Shown here piece by piece: positions 24,850 to 37,157 of a stretch of 64,000 nt of DNA. Each line of letters opens with the position of its first letter. The stretch's first letter is position 1. Position numbers and translations under genes: made by a program. The DNA is from Neoechinorhynchus agilis (lineage: Eukaryota > Animalia > Acanthocephala): the NCBI GenBank assembly GCA_051530055.1, contig CM121341.1, positions 5,682,784 through 5,746,783 on the forward strand. The letters are read 5' to 3'. The notes beneath the pieces were generated by a model. That model was not told the DNA's origin and did no database searches. It was given only the letters and a program-made list of their open reading frames with translations.

Positions 24850-25200
24850 TAACAATATTAGTCCGTTTGGGTGGGTGAATTGGTAGTTATTGTTTGCAGG
24901 AGATCTTTTGAGGTTGCTGTTTCCTTGTAGAAGTGAAAGATTGTGTAGAGTCTGATGTGGAACAATGATTGTAAACTGAGTCAGGGCAAAGGTTCTGATT
25001 GATAGAGTCTAGAACCTGTTTTAATTCAGTGGAGGTTAAATTAGGGAAAGGATCAGAGTGCCGTAGACCAAGAGAGTCACCACGCACACGAATTTTGGAG
25101 AAAAGAAGGTTTTTGCGGGCGACAAGTTGTAAACGGAGAAAGTCCGGGGAGTTATTGCGATGGGCCTTAGAAGCTTGCTATTAAAGAAGTGAAACGGCCA
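24850..25200 (-). mobile_element. Degenerate LINE RT C-terminal relic
   Basis: Frameshifted ...LLVYGT..FPNLTSTELKQVLDSINQ resembles ILPVLIYGYPVFCNLSKSQIRRLE of the 1204/28623 family, followed by a similar 3' sequence. Confidence 0.45.
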
Positions 25201-26361
25201 AGGAAGGATCATTTGTGTTTTGGGAGTGTGAATCGACGAAAAATTGGAGTCGTCGTATCTTTTCCACGTTCAATATTCTGATTGCATTAGTCGATGCCAT
25301 TGGTTGTATTTAGTAAAAGATAAAAAAAATTAAAATAGTAATCAATTAAAGCATTGAGGTCACACGAAACAAGTTGACGTATCGGTTTTACTCTTCAGAA
25401 GATGATCAATAAAAAAATGGTGGAATATCGACGACGAGGCTCGATCCCATAAAGTGTCCAAAAATGTCCTTTCGCTGAATATTGTCGTTTTAGTCAAAAG
25501 AAAATCAATGCGAACTGAAATTACATTCATGGACATCGTATCTCTTGAGAGAGGTTGCGGTTCCCTCGATAACCGATTTATCCTGTTTGATGCAATCCAT
25601 CGTTTCCTCGGTCTTCCTCGTCGGCGATTTCCCGTTATTTCCAGTTTCTCCGTGCTGCTCAGAAAAGATCAACTCTGAACAGCGGCAAGTGCCGAGTCAC
25701 GCGAAGAACTTTGGTTGATTCGGCTGTTGATTGTCATTTGGATCAAAATTTGGCTAGAATTTACGCCAACTCTCATCCTTTTTCAGCCGGGTGGCGGAGT
25801 TAACTTTTTTCTGTGGCGAATTATCAAATAATGTTGCTTTTCATTCAATAAATTCCTTTATTTTCGTCCAAATGATTGTTCGGCAGCTTCCTTTTCCGCG
25901 CTGATTCGCTGCATCAGAAAATTACTGGATCGCATGTCGCCGGTAACATCAAATAATTGATTTATTTGAAAAGTTTCGAGTTTGGCGACAAAATATTTCG
26001 TAGGATTTTTTGTTTACATCTTTAAAAGCTAAAGCAATCTACAAACTCGAATCAAATTCACCTCGACGACAATTCTCGATGATATTTGAAAAGCATTCGG
26101 CCTTCGTGTAGACTTTCTTCAGAAAGACCGAAATCAAATAAATTCGCTATAAAATTTCGGTGAAAGGACATTTAAGTTCTAAAAAAATGAGTCCATAAAA
26201 TCCGGTTCTCACTTCTTCTTTTTTGGTAGACAGTTTTTTTTCTGTCATTAATGAACGTTCAATAATTTCAATACTAAAGATGAAAGAATCGGTTTTTCAA
26301 TCAAATATCTTTTGGTTTTCGGAAACGGATCGAAGAGGCTAAATAGGATTTGCGAAAAGGA

Positions 26362-28341
26362 ATGATTGCGATTCATATGGGTAAGTTTTCGTTGTTTTCA
26401 ATGTTTTCAAAAGTTATACCAAAGGCGTTGGACTTTGTAAATCCGCCGCCCTCAGGACTCGAGATTCAAAGCTTTGTGATTCGGTCTGTGAAATGGCCGT
26501 ATCTCTGATTCGGAAAGGTGATTCCGCTGAAGAAGTAGTCACCGCGGCCATTACATTGCTTGAGAACGATCCGAGGATGAATGCGGGTGTTGGATCAGTG
26601 CTTAATATCGATGGTCAAGTCGAAGGCGATGCGACAATAATGAGTGAAGATAGTTTTGGAATGGTTGGAGCTGTACCGAGTTATTATTTTCAATAATATT
26701 TCATCCATAATCTCTCTCTTAATAGGATTTAAAAATCCGAGTAGGATTGCTCTTTCAATCCTAAAGAAACAAAGAGAAGGAACTCTTGAGTTTGGACGGC
26801 TAGTACCGAATTTTCTTGTAGGAGAAGGAGCGTTGCGATGGGCTGCTTTGCACAAAATGGACGAATGCAAACCAGACGAACTCATAACAAGTTGGCGTTT
26901 TCAGCTAATTCGAAAATTCGTTTCTCTCTTTAGAATCCACTCAAGCAAGCTTTAAAAAATATCGAGAGCAAATCGATGATGTGCTAAGAGTATCTACTTT
27001 CAAAAATGCCAAAAAGAGACGTCTTAGTGATGAAGAATGCAAAATGGATACAGTTGGAGCAGTGGCCATCGATCTTAAAGGAAACATGGCCTCAGGAGTC
27101 TCGAGTGGTGGAATCTTGTTGAAATTCCCAGGACGAATCGGCCAAGCTGCTGTTTATGGATGTGGATGCTGGACTACGCGTTAGTATTTCCCGGTGGTGG
27201 CCAAAAAATAATGTAAGAAACAAACCCCATTTCTCATGTTCTATCATTTTTGTTCACCAACGCGAATAGAGGCTTTAGGAACACGGATCAATTTTTATCT
27301 CAGAAACTGCGCAAAATAGGCTTTTTATAAAAGAAATAGCTATTGAGAATTCGGTTGGTTAGTTTAATTTGTTATTTAAGCCCAGGCCAAAGAGTTATCG
27401 CGCTAAAAAATGTTTGAATTGTTCACCTTTTTTTTATTGCAAAAAAAAATTAAACACAACATTGTGCCAAAATATTGTAGAATCAATAAACTAGTTTCAT
27501 ATTGTTTTTCAAAAAATGTTTCAAAGAATTCTGAACTGTTCAATCCTGGTTGCTTTCGGGCGAAAACAGTTGAATAAAACTTGGGAAGTAACCTTGATCA
27601 AACGAAGGCCTTACAAGATTGTGTGCCTTCGAAACCAATCGGAGATTTTAAAACCAAAATCATCATTTAATTTACGTTTTGACACTGATTTTAACAATTA
27701 TCGATTCAATTGCATGTAAATTCAAAACAACAATGAGTGCGTGAAATGTATGGCGAAACAATATAGAATTAAAAAAAATGACTTCTTAAAATCAGTTGAC
27801 ATCTCGGTTGGTGGTTATAAGTAGCGACCAAAATAAAAAAAGTTCTAAAAACCGGGAAATGCTCGATAAACGGCAAAAAAGTGAGGTTATAGCGACAAGT
27901 TGTTCCGGTAAGTGTTTTGTCATTTACGTCCATAATTCGCCTATAAACTCTAAGGAAGTGGTGAAATTCTAACTCAAACAAACTTTGCGAAAGCCTTTGC
28001 TGAGCAATGGTCACAGAATAGTTCACAAGGACTCGACACATGGATAGAACGCTCATTTCTTTGTTAGTTTCCGACTATTCTTCTTCAAACTCTTAGTGAA
28101 ATTAGTTAACCCGGACATTTATTTGGAGCGATCTAAACGCCACGTTGGCGTTATTGGTATCAGGAAAACCGAAGACGAAATGTGCGAACTTGTGATAGCA
28201 CATTCGACTCCTTATTTTTCAGTTGGATTCCGGGTAGCATCCGACGATCCGGATGAAGGAATGACAGTGCGTGCTTTAAATTCTAATTCGAATTACGTCT
28301 ACATATCGACAAGCTTACATAAAGTACCAAAATCTTTGTGA
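26362..28341 (+). CDS. TASP1: Threonine aspartase 1 (taspase-1), 7 exons
   Basis: IAIHMG, LENDPRMNAGVGS.LN.DG.VEGDATIM, NFLVGEGA..WA, the autocleavage motif MD|TVGAVAID, SSGGILLKFPGRIGQAAVYGCGCW and ATSCSGSGE. Five GT-AG introns plus one inferred GT-CG intron (27180-27865). Confidence 0.92.
27180..27865 (+). other. Inferred non-canonical GT...CG intron (686 nt) with a 13-bp terminal stem
   Basis: Strong gttagt donor. agtatttcccggt (27183-27195) pairs with accgggaaatgct (27851-27863), then cg. The phase matches, giving CWTT-H-KRQKSEVIATSCSG. Confidence 0.7.
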
Positions 28342-28622
28342 AAGTCACCTAAAAATACCTTCTTTTTAACATCTCTGAAATCAGGCGTCGTAACAAGGCA
28401 ATAATCAATATTTTTGGTATTCGCTTGCATTTCGTCGAACGTGGACAAAAGAATATTAATACATTTTATTAAAGCCAAAACAATAGAACCCATGAACCTT
28501 TGGGTCCTCATGAACACTTGAGTTCCGATTTTTTTAAATGAATGTGTTGATTTTGGAGTCGAGCAGGGAAATATCCAATCAGATTAAGAACGTTGTTGGT
28601 TGAAAATACAAAAGGTTTAGGA

Positions 28623-29790
28623 GGACCCATTTGCCCGTTTGGGTCCTCATAAGAGTTGTTCAAAAAAGAAAAGCGTATCCGTTAAGATGGGAATATCCAG
28701 TCGGGAACGGTTCGTTCGGGTTCGATTGAGAATATCCAGTTGGGGAATTGGTGTTTATTGCTTCCGGGAGCGCTTGTAAGGTTGGATCTTTCCTCAGAAT
28801 CATTTCAGATTAGGATATCCGAGAGACGATTGGGCGATGTGGAAAAAGGAGCGGAGGTATAGGAAGGTGCGAGGGAGAATGAAACGAATTAGGATTACGA
28901 GTGTTGTGCTCATGAGAAAAGGGGCCAATTATGGAAACATTAAATGTTTTTTATGAAACATTTCAAGACGACGGATTTGAGATTTGGAAAGGTTGCAAAA
29001 GACGGGATAACCGTAGATGAGGACGGGTAAAATAAAGCAGAAGTAAAATTTGTAGAGATCGGGTGAAGGGACTCGAAAATGTCGGAGGCGTTTGAGGAGA
29101 TAAATTTTAAAAGTGCTGTGCTTGAGGGAGATGAGGTTTCTCGTAGGATGTAATTTAGAAGCTCTGGGGATGATGTGGGGTTGCAGAAGAGCGAAGGGAT
29201 CATTTCGAAGCATTTAGAGAAATTGAGATCGAGTTTGTGATTGGTGCAGAAATCTTTTATGTGTGTGATTTCGTTAGAGGTTAAGGAAAGGGAGAGGTGG
29301 GGTGGTGATTGGGCGATGAGATCATCGGCGTATGAGAAGAGTTTAGAGTGGGAGGAGAGAGGTTTTAAAGTTGGTGAAATCTATACAATTGATGCCATCG
29401 GACCCAGCATCGCATAATTTTTAATCAAGGTCGCGAGCCAACATTTTTTCATCGGAGAATCATCGATTCAAAAAAGGAATGCTGCAGGAGCGCTTGTAAG
29501 GTTGGATCTTTCCTCAGAATCATTTCAGGTTAGGATATCCGAGAGACGATTGGGCGGCATGGAAAAAGGAGCGTAGGTTCGAGGTCGAAGGAGAATGAAA
29601 CGAATTGGGATTACGAGTGTTGTGCTCGTGTGAAAAGCGATGGTAGGGTTGAGAGGCGTTTTGATCGTTTTATGAAAATTTTATAAATGCATTCAGTGAG
29701 AGGAAGTCAGTTTTGCAAATTTTAGATGCTGTTTTATGAAACATTTCAAGACCACGGATTTGAGATTTGGAAAGGTTGCAAAAGACGGGG
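28623..29790 (-). mobile_element. Non-LTR retrotransposon 3' fragment (copy of 1204-2131) plus an adjacent diverged fragment
   Basis: 28623-29484 is near-identical to 1204-2131. 29485-29790 repeats part of the same element with more divergence. Confidence 0.8.
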
Positions 29791-29999
29791 TAAGCCGCCA
29801 GTGTATAATTTTTGTGTTCACTTTTATTACAACCTTCCAATCGTTCCAGTTTGAAGAAAAAAATCAGCCGATCTTTAGCACGCTAAAAAAATTTAAAAAG
29901 CTTTATTGATGAACATTGACGAACGTTTATCAAAAAGACTCAAGTCGACAAAAAAAAGAAAATTTAATCTTTTTTTTCTTGATTTATTAAATTCGATTG

Positions 30000-30190
30000 T
30001 TTTCGGCACGGACCAAATTTGATAAAAAACAAACGAGTGTCCCGAAATATCGGATTTTTCCTCAAGTTTTAGAAGACGAATAAATTTTAATGTTTAAATT
30101 TATTAAATTCGATTGTTTTCGGCACGGACCAAATTTGATAAAAAACAAACGAGTGTCCCGAAATATCGGATTTTTCCTCAAGTTTTAAAA
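30000..30190. repeat. Short local direct duplication
   Basis: tttattaaattcgattgttttcggcacggaccaaatttgataaaaaacaaacgagtgtcccgaaatatcggatttttcctcaagtttta occurs twice. Confidence 0.8.
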
Positions 30191-30736
30191 ATTGAGACAG
30201 ATGAAAGCGTCAAAATTAGGCGAACTAGACGACTTCAAGTTGTCCGCCAAATAGCGATTGCGTCATTATTGATTTTTAAGCGAAATCGGGCGATCATATT
30301 GCGTTCTTTCGTAGATATTTCCGATTTTCGTAGTCATCAAGCGTTTGGGGACAGCGATTACTTTGTTCTGCGCCAATGATTGATTTGAATCGATTTGGTC
30401 TCTCGCTCTCGGAACTCGTTCAAAAGTTCGTCTTTTCGAGATGATCTTCTGATTTGGCGACGCATTTGGGGAAAAATGACGCGAATCGCCAACCTTTTAA
30501 GATAAAGTTTTGTTGGCGAATTCTAGAGGATTTCTCCTTTTTTGCTTGTGACACTTTTGATATTTTCACTTGGTGTTTATTATTGAATACAAGTTCCACA
30601 TTTATTGTAGAATTTGGTGAAGAAAAATTAATTTTGGGCCTGCTCGCTTCTCTATGTGAGTGTCGCCTAAAATTGAAGTTAATAAATTTTTCTAAGCGTT
30701 AATTTTTCGATTTGGCCATTGATTTAAGAGCGACTG

Positions 30737-33211
30737 ATGGTTCTATCCGGATGCTCAGAAGAGGAGATATCTCCTGATAGTGGTGATCAATTGATTGCTG
30801 CATTATTGACTAATCGACGGAAACGTTTACTTTCTCAATCATCTACGCAAGGAGCACCGGATCGTCGACAGCGTCAGGACGACGAAGACCCTTTTGATTT
30901 ATTGAATGCCTTGACAGAAGCAGCTCAAAGTCGACACGATCTTCATGAATCACTTGCTCCGTTTGAAGAAGAAGCTCTAAGAGTTGATAGTTCCTCTGAT
31001 TTACAGCGTAATATCTTTCACATTGTACGGCAAAGGGATTTACCAATGGTGAGTAGCGGCGGCGGCGGCGGTGGTACAAAGCGTGTTTCAACCGATACAA
31101 ACATTAATGAGTACATCGTGTCTTATAATGCTAAGAAACGTACCCGTGATCGATTCCAACAAATTTCACCACAAGTGGAATGTATCGAGAAAATCGTTCA
31201 GAATCTTGTAAATCTATTATTGATCAAAGTAGTTCAACTTGTTTCTAGACCGAATTTGAGGTTTCCAAGTCGTGAACAGGTCGGAAATGTTGTAGATTTA
31301 CCTTCTAATCAAGGCGGTGGAGGAATTAGTCGATTTATGTCGAGGCTTAAAGATCAAGCTCTTGTAGTTGTAGAAAGTTTCATCGGAATCAGTCGTCTTC
31401 CTCTGTCAACTCAAGCCATGGTTCGCGATTTAACTCAACAAGAAAGCGGCGTCGGTGGCGACGTACTAGCCAATACTCCCTATTTTCAAATAAAACGGAA
31501 GCTTGAACTTGCCATTCGTGAAAAAACAACCAGTTCGTTAATAAAGGGCAAACGAAAATATCACTCAAATGTCGATGGTAGTAGTAGTGAAATACCATTA
31601 AATACCATTCTACGACGATCTCAATCAATCGAAGAACTACCACAATCTTTTAAAGGAAAAAATCAACCAGACAAATCCACTATTATTCTATCCATGTCTA
31701 GTCCGAATCTTTCAATTACGATCAATCATAACTTGTCACAAGTTGATACTCGTGGAAGCAGCTATAAATGGGCTGAGACTCGAGATCCTAACAAAGTAGG
31801 CGAATCTGCCTCCCTCATTGATGCATGCATGTCTCCTCCGGCTAAAGTTTGGATTGAAGATCCAGTCGAAGCTGCCGTATCGAAACAAAGGGCCATCGAT
31901 TTGGGCGAGTTAAATGCCACGACCACTATGTTGAGTGAGTTAGAAATCGACGATCCAACGAGCAATAATGCGTTCCGAAGGTATATTGGAAGGTTGAAGA
32001 AAGTGGATCGATTAGAAGCAATAAATGAATGGCTTAATAACTTCATATCTTGTGAAGTAAATGAGGAAAGGGATATTGTCGATGTAGAGATGAATGTGAA
32101 ACCTACACCTCGCAGCGACATCAGTGAAGGGTTCAGTGATTATGTGAGCAGTAGCGAAGATAGTTTCGATAATGGATCAAGCGGAATGTCGAGTGAGGAC
32201 AGTGAATCGAAGGACAACGACGAAATGCCGAAACCTGGAAAAAGGTTATTTTCGTGGGTTCTTAATACTGTGGGTCGACGATGTTTTCTCTTTTTAGAAT
32301 TGTAGAGCATGATTCAGACGACGATTTGCTCCACCGAACTCAAAATCGTCCAAGACCAGAAATCAAAGTCGTTAAGGATAAGACTCCTATTGTCGAGGTC
32401 GAGAATCCTGATGACTATGTAAGTGATCGGAGCACTCAAGCTGGCGAATGCGATGAGGTTCATTATTATTGATTGTCTTTCAAATGTGAACTAATTTGTC
32501 TAGGTGATTGCTGAACAATATAAAGGTCTTGGTGGGATTGACCTCCGTGAGTTTTTTGAGGAAGAAGCCGTTCAAAGTGGAAGCGATCTAAGCGAAGATG
32601 ATGAAGATGACGAAGAAGAAGAAGATTTCTCGGATATTTTAGCCGAAGATGCAAATGAGCAAGATGACGAAGAACAACATAATGCTATGGAGCGTTTGCA
32701 TTTCAAGCGGATGCGAGAGGATGATGATAAACAATTGAAGCACTTGAAAGAACAATATTTGGGTCAGTTTGAAGCAAATAAAGGGCGAGAAAAGGCGTAT
32801 TATTGGAAAAAAGACGATGAAAAAACGGTCGTTGACGAGGAATCAAGTAGTAGCACTGCGAGTTGTGAAGAAGATGTTGCAGCGTTGAGTGCAAAACGAA
32901 CACCCAATCCGCCGCCGCCCCCGCCGCCGCCGCTAGAGTTTTTAAACTGTAGACTTGGTCACGGTTGTGTTGTGGTTGAAGATGGTAACGTTCCTGAGTT
33001 TGGTGACGACGCCACCCCGAGAAGTCAGAAGAGGCGACACGAGGAACCTTTGCTTCAGACGGAATTTAATGGTCTTTTGGTGGATGTCGATAGTGGACGT
33101 TTAGAACAAATTCGAAGAACTATTCAACGGCATAGAGGAGACTTCAACCAGAGATCCGAATCGAATCCACCCAGCAGAAGAGCTAACAAGTGGATCAAGA
33201 AAGATTTTTGA
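30737..33211 (+). CDS. CLSPN: Claspin (Mrc1 homolog), 3 exons
   Basis: The C-terminal EEAVQSGSDLSED...acidic...ERLHFKRMREDDDKQLKHLKEQYL...YYWK motif matches the conserved claspin/Mrc1 region. Two GT-AG introns. Confidence 0.7.
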
Positions 33212-33696
33212 TGCACGTTTAAGGAAAACGCGTGTATATAGCCTTTTTCATAGAAGTCTAACACTTTTGAGTAAGGTTTATGCCGTAGACCGGAGAAAAA
33301 GTTTCACATAGTAGGCAAAAAAGAACGTTCAATTATTTTTTTAGTGTCTACGTGTACTTTTTTCGTTTGAAGATGAATGCTGATAAGACAAAAGAAGACA
33401 TTCCACCAAATGAATTCAAAGAATGTTATCTTAAGAAAAATGACAATAAGAGACGGGTATGTCAATGATGAGACATAAACAGAATCGTTCATTTAAAGGG
33501 TTTTAGATCAAAGACGAAGAACTATTGATGTTTACGTTTAAAGGATCCAATTTAAACAGGATTCGTGGTTACGTTGGACTTGATGACATTTGTATAAAAT
33601 AATGATAATCGAATATTATAGTTTTTTTTGCTTCTCCTGTCGTTCTTTTTTGTTCTCTGATGAATCAAGCGAGCGGACCTACGCTCCAAGAACGAG

Positions 33697-35078
33697 CTTC
33701 TCAATTTTAGTAATAATTCTAGAAATTATTGGAGACGTGGATATTCCAATTTTCGTTCCGACGACACTAAAACGAGTGTTCAAGTCATCTCTTCACCACT
33801 CGGAACCGTCGCAAGGACTCTAAAATAAGTAACGAAAACACCGGGGAAAGGATTCGCCAACGCACAATATTTGAAAATATCATTCAAACAAATAACTCAA
33901 GAACCATGATAGCTATCGCAAATCCGGATACAGATTTGGAATCAGCGCGTTAAGATGTACTAAATTAATTGTGTAGATATTCATTTAGGAATTAATTATG
34001 ATGGTGAACTGAAGTAAAGGAAATTATGAATATATTAATCAGAATTTTCGAACCAATGCGTTGGTCTTCTTCAGTGATCTGAAACACACATTAGTCCGGA
34101 TTGAGTTTCCACCCGTTCACCACAGCGTTGAAGGGTTGCTACGTTATCGGGATTGTCACATCTCGCCATTATTTCAGTGGCATCAAGATCAATTCGATGT
34201 TTGTTTTCTTTAACATGATGAACTAATGCTGAGTTGAGATCGGTCAAATTGCTGATGGCCCTCCTGATGTTATTGGTTTGTCACAATCGTTACAGGGTAT
34301 CCTACACACCCGGAGACCTCGTCAACCCTTCTGGGTCGGAACATGCCATCTAAGGTTCTCCTTTTTTTTGTTAAAAACCGTCACTTTTTTTCTGTGAGTC
34401 CTGCGGCTTAATGAGATTTTGCGTATTCTTGTTCCACTGATCGTCTACATAAGGGATCTCAATGAATCTTTTTTGGACTGCCTCGATATTCCGATTGTTC
34501 AATTTTTTCTATATTGAGTATTTCTCATCGTTTTTGCAATCTCCAAATTGTGTCAAGCTCATTCTTAAGAACATCTTCATTCGAGCAATATCTGTATACT
34601 CTCAAGAACAAGGACCTGCATCCTCGTGCTCGTTCTTTTTTTTATTAACGCTGTGGTGAACGGGTGGAAACTCAATCCGGACTAATGTGAGTTTCAGATC
34701 ACTGAAGAAGACCAACGCATTGGTCGAAAATTCTGATTAATATATTCATAATTTCCTTTACTTCAGTTCACCATCATAATTAATTCCTAAATGAATATCT
34801 ACACAATTAATTTAGTACATCTTAACGCGCTGATTCCAAATCTGTATCCGGATTTGCGATAGCTATCATGGTTCTTGAGTTATTTGTTTGAATGATATTT
34901 TCAAATATTGTGCGTTGGCGAATCCTTTCCCCGGTGTTTTCGTTACTCATTTTAGAGTCCTTGCGACGGTTCCGAGTGGTGAAGAGATGACTTGAACACT
35001 CGTTTTAGTGTCGTCGGGACGAAAATTGGAATATCCACGTCTCCAATAATTTCTAGAATTATTACTAAAATTGAGAAG
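33697..35078. repeat. Large inverted duplication: about 433-bp arms (33697-34129 / 34647-35078) with a 517-bp spacer
   Basis: The arms are reverse complements with only a few differences. Confidence 0.92.
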
Positions 35079-35160
35079 TAACTAAAACGAGTGTTCAAGT
35101 TGTCAAATCAAGTTTCCCAGATCCATCTCTTCACCACTCGGAACCATTTGAAAATATCAT

Positions 35161-35829
35161 TCAGTGTTTTGCAAAAGAACCATAGAACGCAACACGCATG
35201 ATCACCTTCTTTTTACTCGTTCCTTTACAATCGATCAATTTGAAACTATTTGTTCGATCGAGAGATTGCATGTAGTCTTCAGAAGCCATTCCAGGTAACA
35301 ATACAACCGTATTTGTTGCGAGCGTTTGACTGAATCGAACAATATCCGAGTAGGATTCTGGGACTCCAGTGCAAGTCAATTTCTCTCGATATTTCGGCCC
35401 TCCCCATGGTGCACTGATGAAAACAATATCAGCAAGCCCTGGTCTTAGACATGATGATTGAAAATCAGCGCAAATCACATCGATGCGATTCTTGACGCCG
35501 TATATTTGAGCGTTATGGGCGCACATGGCTGCTCGTCTTGGAATTATATCGATCGCCAAAACAAATCCATTATTCTGGGACGTATACTGAATTGCCAACG
35601 AACCAGCACCACAATATCCATCGATGCACAATGCATCAGGTGGACACTCCTCAATGATTTTTAATGAACTCTGCTCTTCGGTCGTTGAGTACCATGACTC
35701 TCGGTCCACCAAGCGAATCCCTTCATCGAAACGTTTGAAAAGAATGTACCGCTTGTGCCAGTATTTTCCTGCCATCTTATTCTTACCTTTCACCTTTTTT
35801 CTGTTGGATCGCTTCTTCACAACAGTCAT
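35161..35829 (-). CDS. TGS1: Trimethylguanosine synthase-like RNA cap methyltransferase (divergent, intronless, catalytic domain only)
   Basis: KYWHKRYILFKRFDEGI, ESWYSTTEE, motif I IDGYCGAG, AIDI, HNAQIYGV, DIVFISAPWGGPKY. Confidence 0.85.
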   Translation of the reverse strand: MTVVKKRSNRKKVKGKNKMAGKYWHKRYILFKRFDEGIRLVDRESWYSTTEEQSSLKIIEECPPDALCIDGYCGAGSLAIQYTSQNNGFVLAIDIIPRRAAMCAHNAQIYGVKNRIDVICADFQSSCLRPGLADIVFISAPWGGPKYREKLTCTGVPESYSDIVRFSQTLATNTVVLLPGMASEDYMQSLDRTNSFKLIDCKGTSKKKVIMRVAFYGSFAKH

Positions 35830-35883
35830 CTACATGTTTAATTAAAAGATTAATATAAACAATGAAATTTTAAGATCTAGAAA

Positions 35884-36200
35884 GAAGCAATCGGCATCGC
35901 TCAGGTCTCTTGTCTAAAACACGCTAAACTTTGTTTTGCTCAGATTAAGATTATTGTTTTATCCAGAAAAACATCTCTAATCTTTCAAAAGAACTCAAAG
36001 CGTCTTTATTCTCTTCCTCCTTTTCAATTTCTACTTTCAATACTCCCGTCGCCCCAATCTTCCAAATGCGAATTGATTCGAAGGAAAGAACGGACGACCA
36101 AAAACAATTCTACCACAAAAACGAAGCTCTGTTTGGACATCAAAATTTAAACTATAATGAACCGGAGGAAAGATCCAACCTAACAATCTCTCCAACGAAT
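35884..36200. repeat. About 330-bp dispersed repeat, copy 2
   Basis: Matches 24171-24530. Confidence 0.85.
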
Positions 36201-37157
36201 TCGAGTGTTAGACTTTGTCAACTAGCAAATAAATGCGTTATTATAACTCGATGAGGTTCGTTGAACGTCTTCGCTTGAAGACTTCTAACCGTAATAATTC
36301 TCTAATCACCCTCGTCTCACATATCCACAATTTGTTCAGATTGTTCAAAACTGATTGTCTTTGCTTTTGTGACACGCAATAATCCTTCTCACGTTAACCG
36401 TCTTTCCTCATTCAACTGGAATTATCGAAAGCATTCAACTCCGTGGACCACTTCCTTCTCCGGACCTGTTCCAATCTCGGTCTAAACTCGTCGCTGATCC
36501 ACTGGCTTGAATCTTATCTTCATAATCACCAGAACAGTGAAACAAGTGACATTGTGTTTCTCTATTCGGCTATTTGGGTCGCTTTTGAACACCCGAAAGG
36601 AAGGATGGCGTTAAAGACGAATGTATATTTTATCGATCTAATGAAATATCGTTTTGATTCGGTACTTTGGTAGGTGAAGACCATCTTCCCCTTCTTAATA
36701 AATGAGTGTTTTGTTGTTAGCTCCACACGCTAACAACGTTATCTTCTTTAATCTTACAATTAATTTTGCTCCAAGTCTTGAAAACTCGTATTCAAATAGA
36801 CTTCTTACAGAGAAACGATCAATTCATCAGAATACAAAGACACGAAAAGACCAAAGAAAACTCTAATGAAAACACCTTTCTTCAAAAATAATTGCAACTT
36901 CGAATCTAAAAAAACCGTAAAGGAAAATATAATAATTTTCGCACTCCAACAACGAACAAAAATAAATATAACTCAAAACTTTAAAAGTAACGCACAAAAG
37001 ACACCTAAACGATAACACTCAGAGTAAAAAACAATAACATAGTCAAACAACAAATGACTCCCACGAAATAATCGAACCACTAAGTCAAAAGTCGAACTAC
37101 TAAATGCAAATAACTAAATACCACTAAAAAAACGGCACACAAAATATATTCTCACGA

